In this document: one piece after another, positions 43,302 through 53,976 of the stretch
How the letters are laid out: each line of letters begins with the position of its first letter
Position numbering within the stretch: position 1 is the stretch's first letter
IMG/VR virus record: IMGVR_UViG_3300032285_003393
Span: 1-64,000 of that record
Origin: a virus
Length of the DNA stretch: 64,000 nt
Strand: one strand, 5' to 3'
Position numbers and translations under genes: made by a program
Notes under the pieces: generated by a model
The model's input: only the letters and a program-made list of their open reading frames with translations
The model's database searches: none
What the model was told of the DNA's origin: nothing

Positions 43302-44306
43302 CTAATTTTGCTCATAAATTTTTGTTTTCAACTCTTCAACTATTTTTGGGTTCTCTCTTAGATACTCTAAGGTTTTAGCACGTCCTTGAAAACGCTCTTC
43401 CCCTACTGTATACCAAGCTCCACCCTTTTGTATTTTGCCCATCATTTCAGAAACATCAAGGACTTCTCCAACACTGTCAACCCCAAGATTTTCCCCTTGA
43501 TAGTAAAAGTCGTATTGACCAGAAAGGTTAGGGGGTCCAAGCTTATTATAGTCAATGATCCAGTTAACGGGCCTACCGACTTTTTGTTCAATAATCTTAT
43601 CGCCAACTTGTATGCCTGATTTAATAGCATTTGCTTCGGCTTCTGAAGACCAGAGCTTAATGACTGTTGATGAGAAAAACTTAACCGCCATTCCCCCTGT
43701 TGGAATATGAGAGGCATGCATAGATCCAAACTGATTCCTTTGTTGGGAGATAAGAACAAGAAGTGTATTTTTGTTTGCATAATTAAGCATTTTGACTGCA
43801 TGTGTCATATCCTTTGCTTCTGCACCAATTTGCTTGGTGTCTTCAAGTTTCTTTAACTCTGAACTATCTTTTTCAAAATAAATAGCTGGAAGTAATGCTG
43901 ATATAGAATCTACAACAATAATGTCAACTTCTGCTTCCATAAGTTGCTGAGCAATATCAACCATATCATTGATTGTTTTTGCTGGGGAATAGATAAGGGA
44001 AGATGAATCTACTCCCAGCATTTCAGCCCACTTTGGATCGTAAGATGCTTCTGCATCAATCCATGCACAAGTCTTGCCTTCTTTTTGAGCCATTGCAATC
44101 ATTTGCAAACAAAATGATGACTTACCAGCAGACTTGTTGCCCCAAACTAAAATCTGGCGACCAAACCCTAGTCCGCCTTTCAAAGCCATATTTAATCCAA
44201 TACTTGGAGTTTTCTGCTTTTTTGATTCTACGGTTGTTGCTAGCTGGACTCTTTGCCTTGTTTTTGCATCAAGTCTAGCTAAAATATCTTCTGCTAATAT
44301 TGCCAT
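43302..44306 (-). CDS. recA: RecA-family recombinase
   Basis: GNKSAGKS, WIDAE, VVDSI, ISQ.R, TGG.A.KF.SS, GGAWY. Confidence 0.93.
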   Translation of the reverse strand: MAILAEDILARLDAKTRQRVQLATTVESKKQKTPSIGLNMALKGGLGFGRQILVWGNKSAGKSSFCLQMIAMAQKEGKTCAWIDAEASYDPKWAEMLGVDSSSLIYSPAKTINDMVDIAQQLMEAEVDIIVVDSISALLPAIYFEKDSSELKKLEDTKQIGAEAKDMTHAVKMLNYANKNTLLVLISQQRNQFGSMHASHIPTGGMAVKFFSSTVIKLWSSEAEANAIKSGIQVGDKIIEQKVGRPVNWIIDYNKLGPPNLSGQYDFYYQGENLGVDSVGEVLDVSEMMGKIQKGGAWYTVGEERFQGRAKTLEYLRENPKIVEELKTKIYEQN

Positions 44307-44320
44307 TTTATTCCTAACTA

Positions 44321-44641
44321 TTAAAATTTGTTGCCATGCAGATTTGCACGACTTTTATTGATATTATTCTTTTCTTTAATGATTGAATCAATATCGTGTG
44401 TTATATCTCCATGTTCTAGCATGGCAGCATATAGATCAAGAAGTCTGATGATTACATCAGCCATCTCTTCTACAATTTGTTGAGACCCTTTATCTTTACG
44501 GATAGCTTCCAAAACTTCAGTAACTTCCGAATGCACAAGAGCAAGTTTATTACCCACCTTGTCATAGTTATATTCGCCATCCCAAAAACCTTTTGATACA
44601 GATACTTGGTGAAAATTACTTGCTAGCCTGTTCAGCTTCAA
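44321..44641 (-). CDS. MazG-like NTP pyrophosphohydrolase
   Basis: LALVHSEVTEVLEAIRK...EEMADVIIR..D. Confidence 0.85.
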   Translation of the reverse strand: MKLNRLASNFHQVSVSKGFWDGEYNYDKVGNKLALVHSEVTEVLEAIRKDKGSQQIVEEMADVIIRLLDLYAAMLEHGDITHDIDSIIKEKNNINKSRANLHGNKF

Positions 44642-44885
44642 TTGCTACCTCTTCTTGTACAGGTAAATCAGTAAGATCAAACTTTACAGAGCCGTCTTCA
44701 AACTGTTCAACTTTAATTGTCTTTGCACCGTAATTTGCAACAAGGTCTTCAACCTTAATTGTTACAGAACCAATTGTGTGCAAAATAGCAGCCAAGATTT
44801 GGTCTACAGAAATGTTTACATTTTGATTTTCTGGAGCTTGCTCTACTGCTTCTTGTGTTACTTCTGTTGTTGTCTCTTCAGACAT
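44616..44885 (-). CDS. hypothetical protein
   Basis: ORF track; AAGGAG RBS. Confidence 0.75.
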   Translation of the reverse strand: MSEETTTEVTQEAVEQAPENQNVNISVDQILAAILHTIGSVTIKVEDLVANYGAKTIKVEQFEDGSVKFDLTDLPVQEEVAIEAEQASK

Positions 44886-47800
44886 TATGATATCTCCTTT
44901 ATGAATTTAGTACCATCATCTAGCATCCCGATGGTTGGAATGCAGAAAGAACCTGGTTTCATTTTCCCAAGTGCCAGTGTGTAAGTTTTTGGAAACGCAA
45001 TCACACGAAACATTTCTTTCTGCTCGTTGCAATATATGATGTGTGCCATCATTTTATTTGCCTTTGTTTTGTAATGGGTAAAGTCCACAACATAACTCTT
45101 ATTTTCTGGAATACCCAAATCTTTATTGTGTAGATAGTTTACAAAAGGATCATCCTTTTTGTTTACTATGTCCTCTATTGTAACATACTTATGAATTCTA
45201 TTATCGCCAACAAGGAAAAAATACATGACTCCCGTCTCAATTTGTGTATTTTCTGTATGGAAAATACCAATAGAACCTGTATCATCTACCAGCTCAACAC
45301 GGGACCAGCCCTTGCCCTTCTTAATAGATTTTACCATAGCACATAATACGAAAACGCCTTCTTCAAGAAAATCTTCTAGTGGGTTAATCTGAGATTTAAT
45401 ATATGGAGTAATCCCACGAGTATCAAACTTAGGTATACTTAGATATTCGTAATACTTCTCAGATTCTTCACCAGTTCGTGGATTATCCTCAAACGTTGCT
45501 GCTCCGATAATGTTGAGCGTAGATACTGCTCTTGAGTTGATTCCTGATCTTTTTGTTCCAGCCACTTCCAAAAGGTGAGCATATGACTTGAATGGTCTTG
45601 CATTTATAATCTTCTTTCCTATATTTTCTGATATGTATTTTACATTAGAAAGACCAAATCTAATAGAATTACCTTGAATAATAAAGTCCAGCTCAGATTC
45701 ATTTACATGTGGCAATAGTACTTTAATGCCAAGTCTCTTTGCTTCCAGCAAGTATTCTGTTCTGGTATCCTTATTGCCTTCGTTTTTCAACAAAGCAAAT
45801 ACAAATTCAAGTGGATAATAATGCTTTAGCCAAGCTGTCCAATAGGAAAGCATTGAATATGCTACAGCATGCGAACGGTTAAATGAATACCCAGCGTGTG
45901 CTTCAAAATCATGCCATAGATGCTCAGCATCTTCTTTGCTGATATATTGACGAGCACCCTCAATAAACTTATCTTTAAATACGTCAAACTCTCTTGCATC
46001 TTTCTTTTTACCAATAATCTTACGAACCTTATCAGCTTCAGACCATGACATCCCACCCAAGTGTACGCAAGCTTGCATAACCTGTTCCTGATAAATAATA
46101 ACTCCATAGGTACGTTCTGTAAATGGTTGCATTATTGGATGAACATATTTAACTATTTTCTCCCCACGCTTGCGAGCAAGGTATTCGGCTCCAACAGTGT
46201 TCATAGCACCTGGACGAACAAGAGCATTTGAAGCAACCATGTCTTCAAACTTATCTACACCCATTTTAATAAGAAGATTTGTGTATGGAGTTGCTTCTGC
46301 CTGAAACACACCTTTGGTAAAACCATTTGATAAATCTTCAAATACTGCTTTATCATCTAGTGATAAACTATTTAAATTAATATTCTTATTATGTCTATCT
46401 TTAACTATCTTTAATGTATCTTGAATAACAGATAAAGTTTTAAGTCCAAGTACGTCAAATTTAATAAGACCTATCTCAGCAGCTTGATCCATATCATAAG
46501 CAACAACAGGAACTCTTCCACTAACGTCATCGCTATTATCACTTCTGGTTTCAATCGGGGCATAAGTTGAAATTGGATCTTTAGCAACAACAACGCCTGC
46601 AGCATGAATACCCACGCTACGGATGCGACCACGAAGATTAGAGGCAAACTCAATAACTTCAGGATATTTTTGCTTAAACCAGTCAACATTGCTATTAGAT
46701 TCAAACTCTTCAAATGTCTCAACTCCTTTTAATGCTTTGTTAACTTCGCCAAGTGGAACATTAAATACACGAGCAGCATCACGAACAACACCTTTATCTT
46801 TAAAATATTGGTATGTTGAGATTGATGCTACATTTTTAAACTTCTTGCGAAGGAATTCTTTTACTTCTCCACGTCTACGATCCATAAAGTCTGTATCAAT
46901 ATCAGGAAAGTCATTACGCTCAGGATTAATAAAACGGAAAAATAGCAAGTCATATTCAATTGGATCTACTTCCGTAATTCCAAGTAAATAGCATACCAAA
47001 GAGCCTGCTGCTGAACCACGTCCTGGGCCAACCATAATTTCATTTTCTTTTGCCCAGCTAACCATGTCACTAACAACAAGGAAGTAACTGCTAAAATCTT
47101 TATCCTTGATAACTTTTAATTCTTCTTCAAGTCTTTCTTTGTACACTTCACTATCTAATTTCTTTTCTGAAAGAGATAGATTACACAATTCAACTAACTG
47201 ATTATGTGCATCCTTTTTAGGTTTTGGAAGTAGTTGCAAATTCTCATGAAAATCATAGTCTCCAACTTTTTCTGCAACTTCCATTGTGTTTAAGTAAATA
47301 TCTTCAGGCCACTCTTTTCCAAAGTCAGACTTAATCTCATCATAGGTTTGGATATAAACATTGATATCCTGAAAACTGATAGGACGATCTGGATAAAGAT
47401 GATTAAATCTGTCAAAGATATTTTTAATCTTTTTACCAGAGTCGTAGTCTGTTCCTTCTGCTTGGTTTGGCTTAGTTGATAAAATTAGAAGTGCTTCTTC
47501 AAGTGCTTTTTGGTCTTTTGTTGCATAATGGCAATCGCCAGTAGCAATAAGTTTAATACCCAACTTATCTGATATTTGTCGCAATCCATCATTAACTATT
47601 TTGTCATTATGTGATTGAACTTCAAGATAAAAGTCGTCACCAAATCTATTAACAAACCAGTTAGCATATACCATTGCTTTATCAATATCATCATTTTGTA
47701 AGGCTTTAGCAATAAGCCCATTCATACATCCAGATAATACGATGAGCCCATCCCCATATTCATCAAGAACTTCTAGGTCAATTCTAGGCTTACGGTAATA

Positions 47801-48154
47801 TCCTTCTGTCCATGCAATTTCAGATAACTTCTGAAGATTCTTTAAACCCTCATTATCCTTAGCAAGTAAAATAATGTGATTAAATACCTGAGTATTATCA
47901 TCACGACTTTTAATATCACGCTTATCAAAACGATCTGTAGCCGATATATAGGCTTCTAGACCGAGTATTGGCTTCATCCCCAGCTTTTTAGCTGCAATCT
48001 GCATATCTCTATGAGATGACAGTGTTCCATGATCTGTAATAGCTAACGCCGTTTGCCCTGCATTTTTTGCAGCAGTCAATAACTCTTCAGGGGAACACAA
48101 GCCATCCATTAATGAATAGTGCGAGTGCACATGTAGATGTGTGAAATTCACCAA
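44885..48154 (-). CDS. dnaE: DNA polymerase III alpha subunit
   Basis: PHP HLHVHSHYS, GRGSAAGS, FPDIDTDF, KFDVLGL, YSFNRSHA. Confidence 0.97.
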   Translation of the reverse strand: MVNFTHLHVHSHYSLMDGLCSPEELLTAAKNAGQTALAITDHGTLSSHRDMQIAAKKLGMKPILGLEAYISATDRFDKRDIKSRDDNTQVFNHIILLAKDNEGLKNLQKLSEIAWTEGYYRKPRIDLEVLDEYGDGLIVLSGCMNGLIAKALQNDDIDKAMVYANWFVNRFGDDFYLEVQSHNDKIVNDGLRQISDKLGIKLIATGDCHYATKDQKALEEALLILSTKPNQAEGTDYDSGKKIKNIFDRFNHLYPDRPISFQDINVYIQTYDEIKSDFGKEWPEDIYLNTMEVAEKVGDYDFHENLQLLPKPKKDAHNQLVELCNLSLSEKKLDSEVYKERLEEELKVIKDKDFSSYFLVVSDMVSWAKENEIMVGPGRGSAAGSLVCYLLGITEVDPIEYDLLFFRFINPERNDFPDIDTDFMDRRRGEVKEFLRKKFKNVASISTYQYFKDKGVVRDAARVFNVPLGEVNKALKGVETFEEFESNSNVDWFKQKYPEVIEFASNLRGRIRSVGIHAAGVVVAKDPISTYAPIETRSDNSDDVSGRVPVVAYDMDQAAEIGLIKFDVLGLKTLSVIQDTLKIVKDRHNKNINLNSLSLDDKAVFEDLSNGFTKGVFQAEATPYTNLLIKMGVDKFEDMVASNALVRPGAMNTVGAEYLARKRGEKIVKYVHPIMQPFTERTYGVIIYQEQVMQACVHLGGMSWSEADKVRKIIGKKKDAREFDVFKDKFIEGARQYISKEDAEHLWHDFEAHAGYSFNRSHAVAYSMLSYWTAWLKHYYPLEFVFALLKNEGNKDTRTEYLLEAKRLGIKVLLPHVNESELDFIIQGNSIRFGLSNVKYISENIGKKIINARPFKSYAHLLEVAGTKRSGINSRAVSTLNIIGAATFEDNPRTGEESEKYYEYLSIPKFDTRGITPYIKSQINPLEDFLEEGVFVLCAMVKSIKKGKGWSRVELVDDTGSIGIFHTENTQIETGVMYFFLVGDNRIHKYVTIEDIVNKKDDPFVNYLHNKDLGIPENKSYVVDFTHYKTKANKMMAHIIYCNEQKEMFRVIAFPKTYTLALGKMKPGSFCIPTIGMLDDGTKFIKEIS

Positions 48155-48170
48155 TACTCCGTCTATTTAA

Positions 48171-48842
48171 TTACCACTCAACTGATGATGATGTTGCTGA
48201 TTCTGGAGAACTGTCTGAAGTCACTCCAAAATAAAAGTTTTCTTGATCTGTATAAGGAACATCACGAACTGCTGTCTTTTCCAAGTCAAACAATTCATAC
48301 TTATCAAAATCAATTGGCTTTACGTCTGCAGTTGGAAGAGGAATGATTGAATAATTTGTATCAGTCTTTTCCCCAGTACGCTTTAGCTTCCAAATAAGGT
48401 TTGTGATGCTTCCAGTTTCAGTTGCATATGAACTAATTTCAGGGGTAGCAGACTTTGGTCCAGTACCTTGAGAGAAAATTGCAACGTATGGCTCTTCTGC
48501 ACCATCGTCAACAAGTACGTTCATATAAAAACGTGGACGACCTTTCCAACCTGCTTTAGGGTCTTTTCTATGCTGCTCGCAACCAAAGCATGAACCTTGG
48601 TCTTCAATTGTGCATAGTGCCTTACGGCGGTAGTCTTTTGGATTTGTATGTTCAATTGCAATAAATCCTAGTCCTGCGTTTTGATTATAATTTGCAGAGT
48701 CTGGATCAATTTCTTGCAAGAAACGAATTTTAACTGATTGTCCATCTTTTAATGCTAACCATCTTCCCTTTGGACCATCGGAAGATGATGCTGGCTTGTC
48801 CATTGCCTTATTAATTGCTTGTAGACCTTTTACTATTCCCAT
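48171..48842 (-). CDS. single-stranded DNA-binding protein (gp32-like)
   Basis: LKDGQSVKIRFL, Zn Cys, KR.G...DT.Y, acidic tail; lies between primase and dnaE. Confidence 0.75.
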   Translation of the reverse strand: MGIVKGLQAINKAMDKPASSSDGPKGRWLALKDGQSVKIRFLQEIDPDSANYNQNAGLGFIAIEHTNPKDYRRKALCTIEDQGSCFGCEQHRKDPKAGWKGRPRFYMNVLVDDGAEEPYVAIFSQGTGPKSATPEISSYATETGSITNLIWKLKRTGEKTDTNYSIIPLPTADVKPIDFDKYELFDLEKTAVRDVPYTDQENFYFGVTSDSSPESATSSSVEW

Positions 48843-48893
48843 ATATATATCTCCTTTGTAATGGGCTATATGATGCCCTGTATACCTATTATA

Positions 48894-49856
48894 TCACCAA
48901 TTAATATATTCAAAATTGGTTACAGCATTTTTAATGCATTGTTTTATTTCTTCCTCTGTGAGATCTCCCACATCTTTTGCATCATTTGGATAGACAATGC
49001 CTTCTGCATATGCTGCCCACATGATATTTTTATTCTTGAGTTTTGAAGAAATTTCTCTACCCAATTTTCTACCTGCTTCATCTGCATCTGTTGCAATTAT
49101 AATTGATGAAGAATACTTGTTTAGATTCATTAGATTTTCTTTAGATAAACTTCCACCCAGGGTTGCAATAACATTTGGATACCCTGCCTGATGAATTCTA
49201 ATTGCATCAAAACTAGACTCACATACAATTATTGTTGAGCTTGTTTTCTTTGCTCTGTGCAAATTAAACATTGTCTGGCTTCTAGGGAGGTTTGTACTGT
49301 TTTTAAAACGCTTACCCTCTATAGATCTTCCAACAACTCCCACAGGAATCCCTGTTGGACTATGTACAGGAACAATTACCATATCTTGGTTATCTGAATA
49401 ACCTAACTGGAAGTGTGCCATTGATTCCTGAGTTATACCACGAGATTCAAAATACTCTTGTGCTCTTTGAGAACCTACTAGATTGCTATATAAACTATCA
49501 AGTAATTCTTGAGAGAAAGGTTCAAACTCTGGTTTTTCTGCAAGTAGTTCTGCCAAGTCTTCATCAAAAGTATTGTCTGCTTCTTTTTTCATTGTAGCAA
49601 TTAAACGTAGGGCTTGGAAATAATTAAGTTCCCCCACCTTTTGAATAAGATCCATTAGACTACCTCTAGCATCGCAAGATGGGTTGTAACAGACATATAA
49701 ACCTTTTTCGTATGAGATTGCAAAAGAAGGCGTATAGTGATTATTGTGGAATGGGCATAAGCATAAAAAATCTGTGCTTGTCTCTGATGATATACGCAGA
49801 CCAATAATATTTAAGATTTCTTTTAATTGTTTTTTATTGTAGGTTTCTGTCATCAT
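48894..49856 (-). CDS. DNA primase
   Basis: CPFH Zn finger; TOPRIM VCES.FD...TDADEAG. Confidence 0.9.
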   Translation of the reverse strand: MMTETYNKKQLKEILNIIGLRISSETSTDFLCLCPFHNNHYTPSFAISYEKGLYVCYNPSCDARGSLMDLIQKVGELNYFQALRLIATMKKEADNTFDEDLAELLAEKPEFEPFSQELLDSLYSNLVGSQRAQEYFESRGITQESMAHFQLGYSDNQDMVIVPVHSPTGIPVGVVGRSIEGKRFKNSTNLPRSQTMFNLHRAKKTSSTIIVCESSFDAIRIHQAGYPNVIATLGGSLSKENLMNLNKYSSSIIIATDADEAGRKLGREISSKLKNKNIMWAAYAEGIVYPNDAKDVGDLTEEEIKQCIKNAVTNFEYINW

Positions 49857-49889
49857 GAGACTATCATATCAGACAAAGATATTACTTGT

Positions 49890-50168
49890 CTACCTCTTAT
49901 AAAATTGTTGTCCAGAAAAGCCTTCAATATCAAGTGCTTTTTTCTTTCCAACGTAAACTCCAAACATTTCTAGGTAAAAGCTATAATTATCTTTTTTTTC
50001 ATTATATGTTAATGAGAACTGTGATTCTAAATCCAGAACTGGGACATAGCCACGATCACGCATTTCTTGCAAAAGCAATTTTTCATGCATTTCTCTGACT
50101 CTGATTACTGCTGCATCATCTTTAAAAACTCCAGAACGTATGAAGCTTCTAATATTTTTCTTTAACAT
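49890..50168 (-). CDS. hypothetical protein
   Basis: ORF track. Confidence 0.7.
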   Translation of the reverse strand: MLKKNIRSFIRSGVFKDDAAVIRVREMHEKLLLQEMRDRGYVPVLDLESQFSLTYNEKKDNYSFYLEMFGVYVGKKKALDIEGFSGQQFYKR

Positions 50169-50210
50169 AATAAGATAATTATACTAAAGAGTAAGTATAT
50201 TACATAGATT

Positions 50211-51443
50211 TTATTGCTGTTGTATATCCATTTCGTAGATTTCGTTTACAACACCACGATTTAAATCCCAATCTAAATAAAATGCAAAATCTGTACCATG
50301 ACGATTTTTACGAGATACAATCTCCATAATGTTTGATTGTGGATTCTTATGAACTGCAATAGCCATATCAGCATCGTATTCAATTGCTTTTGACCATGCA
50401 ACTTGTGATAGCAATGGTGGAGCATCTTGATCTGAAATATCATCCATAGTTGCAGCGGTGATATCAATTACTGGAATGTTATTACGCATTGCAAGTAATT
50501 TGAAGTCACGAGAAATATTACGGTTACGCTCAACTTCTGACTTTGCACCAGATGAATCATTAAACAACTGATGGTAATCAAGAATAACCAAGTCTGGCTT
50601 ATACTGGTCAATCTTAGCTTGAACAGTATTTGGAGTTACTTGACCTTGGCCTTCATTTGATATAAGAATAAATTGTTGCTTATCAGTAAACTTATTTTCA
50701 GCCCATGAATGGAAATCGTCTGTGCTCACCATACCTCTAGAAAAATCTGAAGCTCTAAATAATCCAGAACCCATCATGGTATAGATACGGTCACGCATAT
50801 TTTCAGGTGACATTTCAAGAGAAATGATCATAGGCTTAAAACCCTGTTCCCAAGCCTTACAAGCCAAATAAGAGGAGAACCATGTCTTACCCCTACCTGC
50901 CCATCCAATCATGACGATAAGGTGTCCTGGAGCCATTCCTGTAGGGTAAGCAAGGTCTAGTGCCTTAAACCCTGTCTTAATTCCTGGACTACCGCCCATG
51001 ATTGCAGAACGCTCACGAACCTTTTCAAAATGATCTTCTGCAAGCTTGAAGTCAGTTAAATCAATATCTCTAACTTCACCAGTCATTCTAGACAGGCCGT
51101 ACAATTCTGATTGAATATCTAGAAGGACTCTTTTAGCAGAATTATTCTTTAGACTTACTCCATTACGCATAAGTATATCTTTTAATCTTGAAGTCAAGAA
51201 TTCATTCTTAAGTGTATCTAAGTAATAACCTGTTTCTCCTTGTACGGATTCAGGCTCAAAATCTTTAAACTTTTCTTGTATGACAGAAATATCAGGAACA
51301 GCACGAAACTTTAGATAATAAGACTTTAGTCCTTCCCACACATCTCTGTGGGAAATAAAAATTTCATCTACATTATCTGTAAGAACTGTTGCAATGTCTT
51401 TATTCTTACAAACTGCTGAGATTACGGCTGCTTCACTGTTCAT
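50211..51443 (-). CDS. dnaB: replicative DNA helicase
   Basis: GWAGRGKT, SLEM, ILDY, IEYDAD, KNRHG. Confidence 0.93.
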   Translation of the reverse strand: MNSEAAVISAVCKNKDIATVLTDNVDEIFISHRDVWEGLKSYYLKFRAVPDISVIQEKFKDFEPESVQGETGYYLDTLKNEFLTSRLKDILMRNGVSLKNNSAKRVLLDIQSELYGLSRMTGEVRDIDLTDFKLAEDHFEKVRERSAIMGGSPGIKTGFKALDLAYPTGMAPGHLIVMIGWAGRGKTWFSSYLACKAWEQGFKPMIISLEMSPENMRDRIYTMMGSGLFRASDFSRGMVSTDDFHSWAENKFTDKQQFILISNEGQGQVTPNTVQAKIDQYKPDLVILDYHQLFNDSSGAKSEVERNRNISRDFKLLAMRNNIPVIDITAATMDDISDQDAPPLLSQVAWSKAIEYDADMAIAVHKNPQSNIMEIVSRKNRHGTDFAFYLDWDLNRGVVNEIYEMDIQQQ

Positions 51444-51765
51444 TAAATTCCTGTTCTACTAGTAACTTTGTATTCTTTCGTAGTGTTTCTCTATACTTTT
51501 GATCTTCAATAAGATTGATTAAACTAATATCTAGCTTGTCAAAATTATACAAGAACCAATTTAACGGATGGCCGTATCTACTACATTTGAAATAATATTC
51601 AAGCAATTCTTTTGCACGATTAAATCCTACGGTATCAATAACATCTTGCATAGCCCATTTTTCTCTATAACGATTAATTATAGGAACCTTGTTGTATTTG
51701 CTTTTGTAAAGAGCAACATACAGGGATACTAGAGCGTAGGCCTGTTTTGCATCCTCTTTAGACAT
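51433..51765 (-). CDS. hypothetical protein
   Basis: ORF track. Confidence 0.75.
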   Translation of the reverse strand: MSKEDAKQAYALVSLYVALYKSKYNKVPIINRYREKWAMQDVIDTVGFNRAKELLEYYFKCSRYGHPLNWFLYNFDKLDISLINLIEDQKYRETLRKNTKLLVEQEFNEQ

Positions 51766-51974
51766 TATTTATTCCTTTTTAGTTCCGACTCTATTTCAGT
51801 TACTTTTTCAACTAATTTCTCTTCAACAAATTTATATACACGATCAGTTGCGGTACTTGTATTTTCTCCGCTTCGGACAAAGTCTTCTACTCCGATACCT
51901 ATCTTAATGCTTTCATAATTACCTAAATTACGAGTAAATTGTAATTCTACCTTAACGCTAGTCTGATTCGTCAT
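51765..51974 (-). CDS. conserved small protein (TRNLGNYES)
   Basis: ORF track 51765..52004. Confidence 0.75.
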   Translation of the reverse strand: MTNQTSVKVELQFTRNLGNYESIKIGIGVEDFVRSGENTSTATDRVYKFVEEKLVEKVTEIESELKRNK

Positions 51975-52221
51975 CAACATCCTCACTTGATTTCTTTGGT
52001 TCAATATCCATTATACCGAATCCCGTTTTAAATTTCTTCACACTCTTATCAGATAAATGTTGATATAACATCATCAATCTGTCTGAGATAGCAATTATAG
52101 CATCTAGGTCTTCCTTTTGTAAAGCCAATTCCATAGCTTCTTCTAAAACTTTTAAAGCCAAATGTAAGGCATGCTTTGCTTCTTTATTTATTTTATCATT
52201 TACCATTCTGGTGCTTTCCAA
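51958..52221 (-). CDS. hypothetical protein
   Basis: ORF track. Confidence 0.65.
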   Translation of the reverse strand: MESTRMVNDKINKEAKHALHLALKVLEEAMELALQKEDLDAIIAISDRLMMLYQHLSDKSVKKFKTGFGIMDIEPKKSSEDVDDESD

Positions 52222-52715
52222 ACTGGGACAAATTCCCCATCTTTATTTTTTGCGTATAAAACTGTTTCATTTCTAAGCATAGCCTCTAACTCCGCTTTTG
52301 AAGGAATATTGCTTGCAGTGATCTCTCCATCTTTTCTAGGTCTTCCTATATGAATTGTTTTAAAGAATTCCCGCATTTCCTTAATATCCTCATCTGTAAA
52401 GTAATATCTGCCTAGTCTAGTCTTATCCTCTAGGGCATGTGCCTGTTGTGGTCTTTTAATTTCGCCACTTCTTAAGTGTCTTTTAATTGTATCAGAATGC
52501 CTATTAAGAAGCTTTGCAGCTTCTGAGATGGAGTAAGCGTGTTGTTTATTTCTTAATACATCAGAATAATTATAAGCAACACGCTTCTCTTCAGCAAAGT
52601 TCCACGCAATCATAACGTCATCAGGACGGTTAACATGAAGTGCTTTATGCAAATCTCCGTTTAAATAAAAATACAGGATTGTCTGTTTAATATTTTTTCT
52701 TTTTTTTGTAACCAT
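52200..52715 (-). CDS. MerR/excisionase-like HTH DNA-binding protein
   Basis: YSISEAAKLLNRHSDTIKR...G.I...RYYFT.EDI. Confidence 0.75.
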   Translation of the reverse strand: MVTKKRKNIKQTILYFYLNGDLHKALHVNRPDDVMIAWNFAEEKRVAYNYSDVLRNKQHAYSISEAAKLLNRHSDTIKRHLRSGEIKRPQQAHALEDKTRLGRYYFTDEDIKEMREFFKTIHIGRPRKDGEITASNIPSKAELEAMLRNETVLYAKNKDGEFVPVWKAPEW

Positions 52716-52846
52716 ACCGTAAATTCGTTTGCGTCTTTCTTTACTATCCACCTTTTGCCACATGCAACGCAAAAGAGATCAAATCTAAGTTTTTGAGATA
52801 AAACCCGATCTATAAAAACCCTGCCATTGCACTTGCTACAGAACAT
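52661..52846 (-). CDS. Zn-ribbon protein
   Basis: CSKC...CVACG. Confidence 0.65.
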   Translation of the reverse strand: MFCSKCNGRVFIDRVLSQKLRFDLFCVACGKRWIVKKDANEFTVWLQKKEKILNRQSCIFI

Positions 52847-52851
52847 TTTGC

Positions 52852-53142
52852 CTACTTAGCAGACTTCTTTGTTGTCTTAGTTGCTACACTGTCAATCTTT
52901 TTGGTAACAGTAGATGTAGCCTGCTCTGCGACCCAACCGAAAGCTGGATCCTTCTTATTCACAAATCGTAGAACGACTGGAACAAGTGATGCCCATAATG
53001 TGTTTGCAACAAGTGCCCACTCATGTGTACCAAAGCTAAATAGTCCTACATGTGTTGCACTTGAAACGATTGCTGCTGATACAACAACCTGACCAAGCAA
53101 ATTACGAACATAAGATTCAATCATAGCTTGATTAATCTTCAT
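52852..53142 (-). CDS. holin-like membrane protein
   Basis: two TM segments; N.KD.AFG; basic tail. Confidence 0.55.
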   Translation of the reverse strand: MKINQAMIESYVRNLLGQVVVSAAIVSSATHVGLFSFGTHEWALVANTLWASLVPVVLRFVNKKDPAFGWVAEQATSTVTKKIDSVATKTTKKSAK

Positions 53143-53157
53143 ATTATTTTGTCTCCT

Positions 53158-53913
53158 TTAGACACTAAATATCTTACCATCAACCACACAAGTGTAATCT
53201 CTAGTAATTTGTATTAACTGCATATGCGGATAATCATTAACCACATGGGCTATTGCGAACCCCGCCTGCCAGTTTTTTTGTATGCTATAGTCCATTTGAT
53301 CTTCATCACAAAGATGACCAATCTCATAACCACGCAATTCCTGACCAGATAAATTGTACGTCTGGTAGTATGCTCCCATTCTATGGGAATGTCCACGAAC
53401 TAAGGAAATTCCCCAGTTGTTTACATCGTTACGCACAGATTCTCCAGAGTGTTTAGATATGGACTCGCCATGGTGACCGTACATGTCGCCAAAACGTTTA
53501 ACTGGAGGTTCATTGTAATGATGCCAGTTAAAGCCATGCTTTGTATATTCGTAGAGTGTATCTGGTGTAACGAAATCTAAAAATGTGGGAGCCTTTTTTG
53601 CAAGGTAATCCCCGTGTCTTGTCCATCCATGATTACCATCGTGAAAATGGCAATCAGCTTTTGGAACAATTTCTCTAATATCTGATAGGAACTGTCTTGT
53701 TCCAGCAACTCCGCCTTCCATTATAGAGGCAAGTTCATCTGGTGTTCCATCAGCCCAACGTGATGTAGAATCAGCATCATCTATATCGCCAAGCAGATCT
53801 ACTGCTTCTGGCTTCCACCACTTCATAACTTTTAAGAAAAGCTCAACTTTTCTAGCATCATGACGTGGAAAGTGAACATCTGAGACCATCATCCATTTGA
53901 GGTCATTTGTCAT
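53158..53913 (-). CDS. calcineurin-like metallophosphoesterase
   Basis: SDVH, LGD, GNH, HG, GHSH. Confidence 0.9.
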   Translation of the reverse strand: MTNDLKWMMVSDVHFPRHDARKVELFLKVMKWWKPEAVDLLGDIDDADSTSRWADGTPDELASIMEGGVAGTRQFLSDIREIVPKADCHFHDGNHGWTRHGDYLAKKAPTFLDFVTPDTLYEYTKHGFNWHHYNEPPVKRFGDMYGHHGESISKHSGESVRNDVNNWGISLVRGHSHRMGAYYQTYNLSGQELRGYEIGHLCDEDQMDYSIQKNWQAGFAIAHVVNDYPHMQLIQITRDYTCVVDGKIFSV

Positions 53914-53976
53914 TTAAAACCCTTCAGTTTTTATTGTTAGATATTATTATGTACTATTATATTTTATAAGTCAATA

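Noticed and set aside
44885-51443. Inteins or introns in dnaE, primase and dnaB
   Set aside because: Lengths are normal and no C...HN splice motifs or interruptions are visible.
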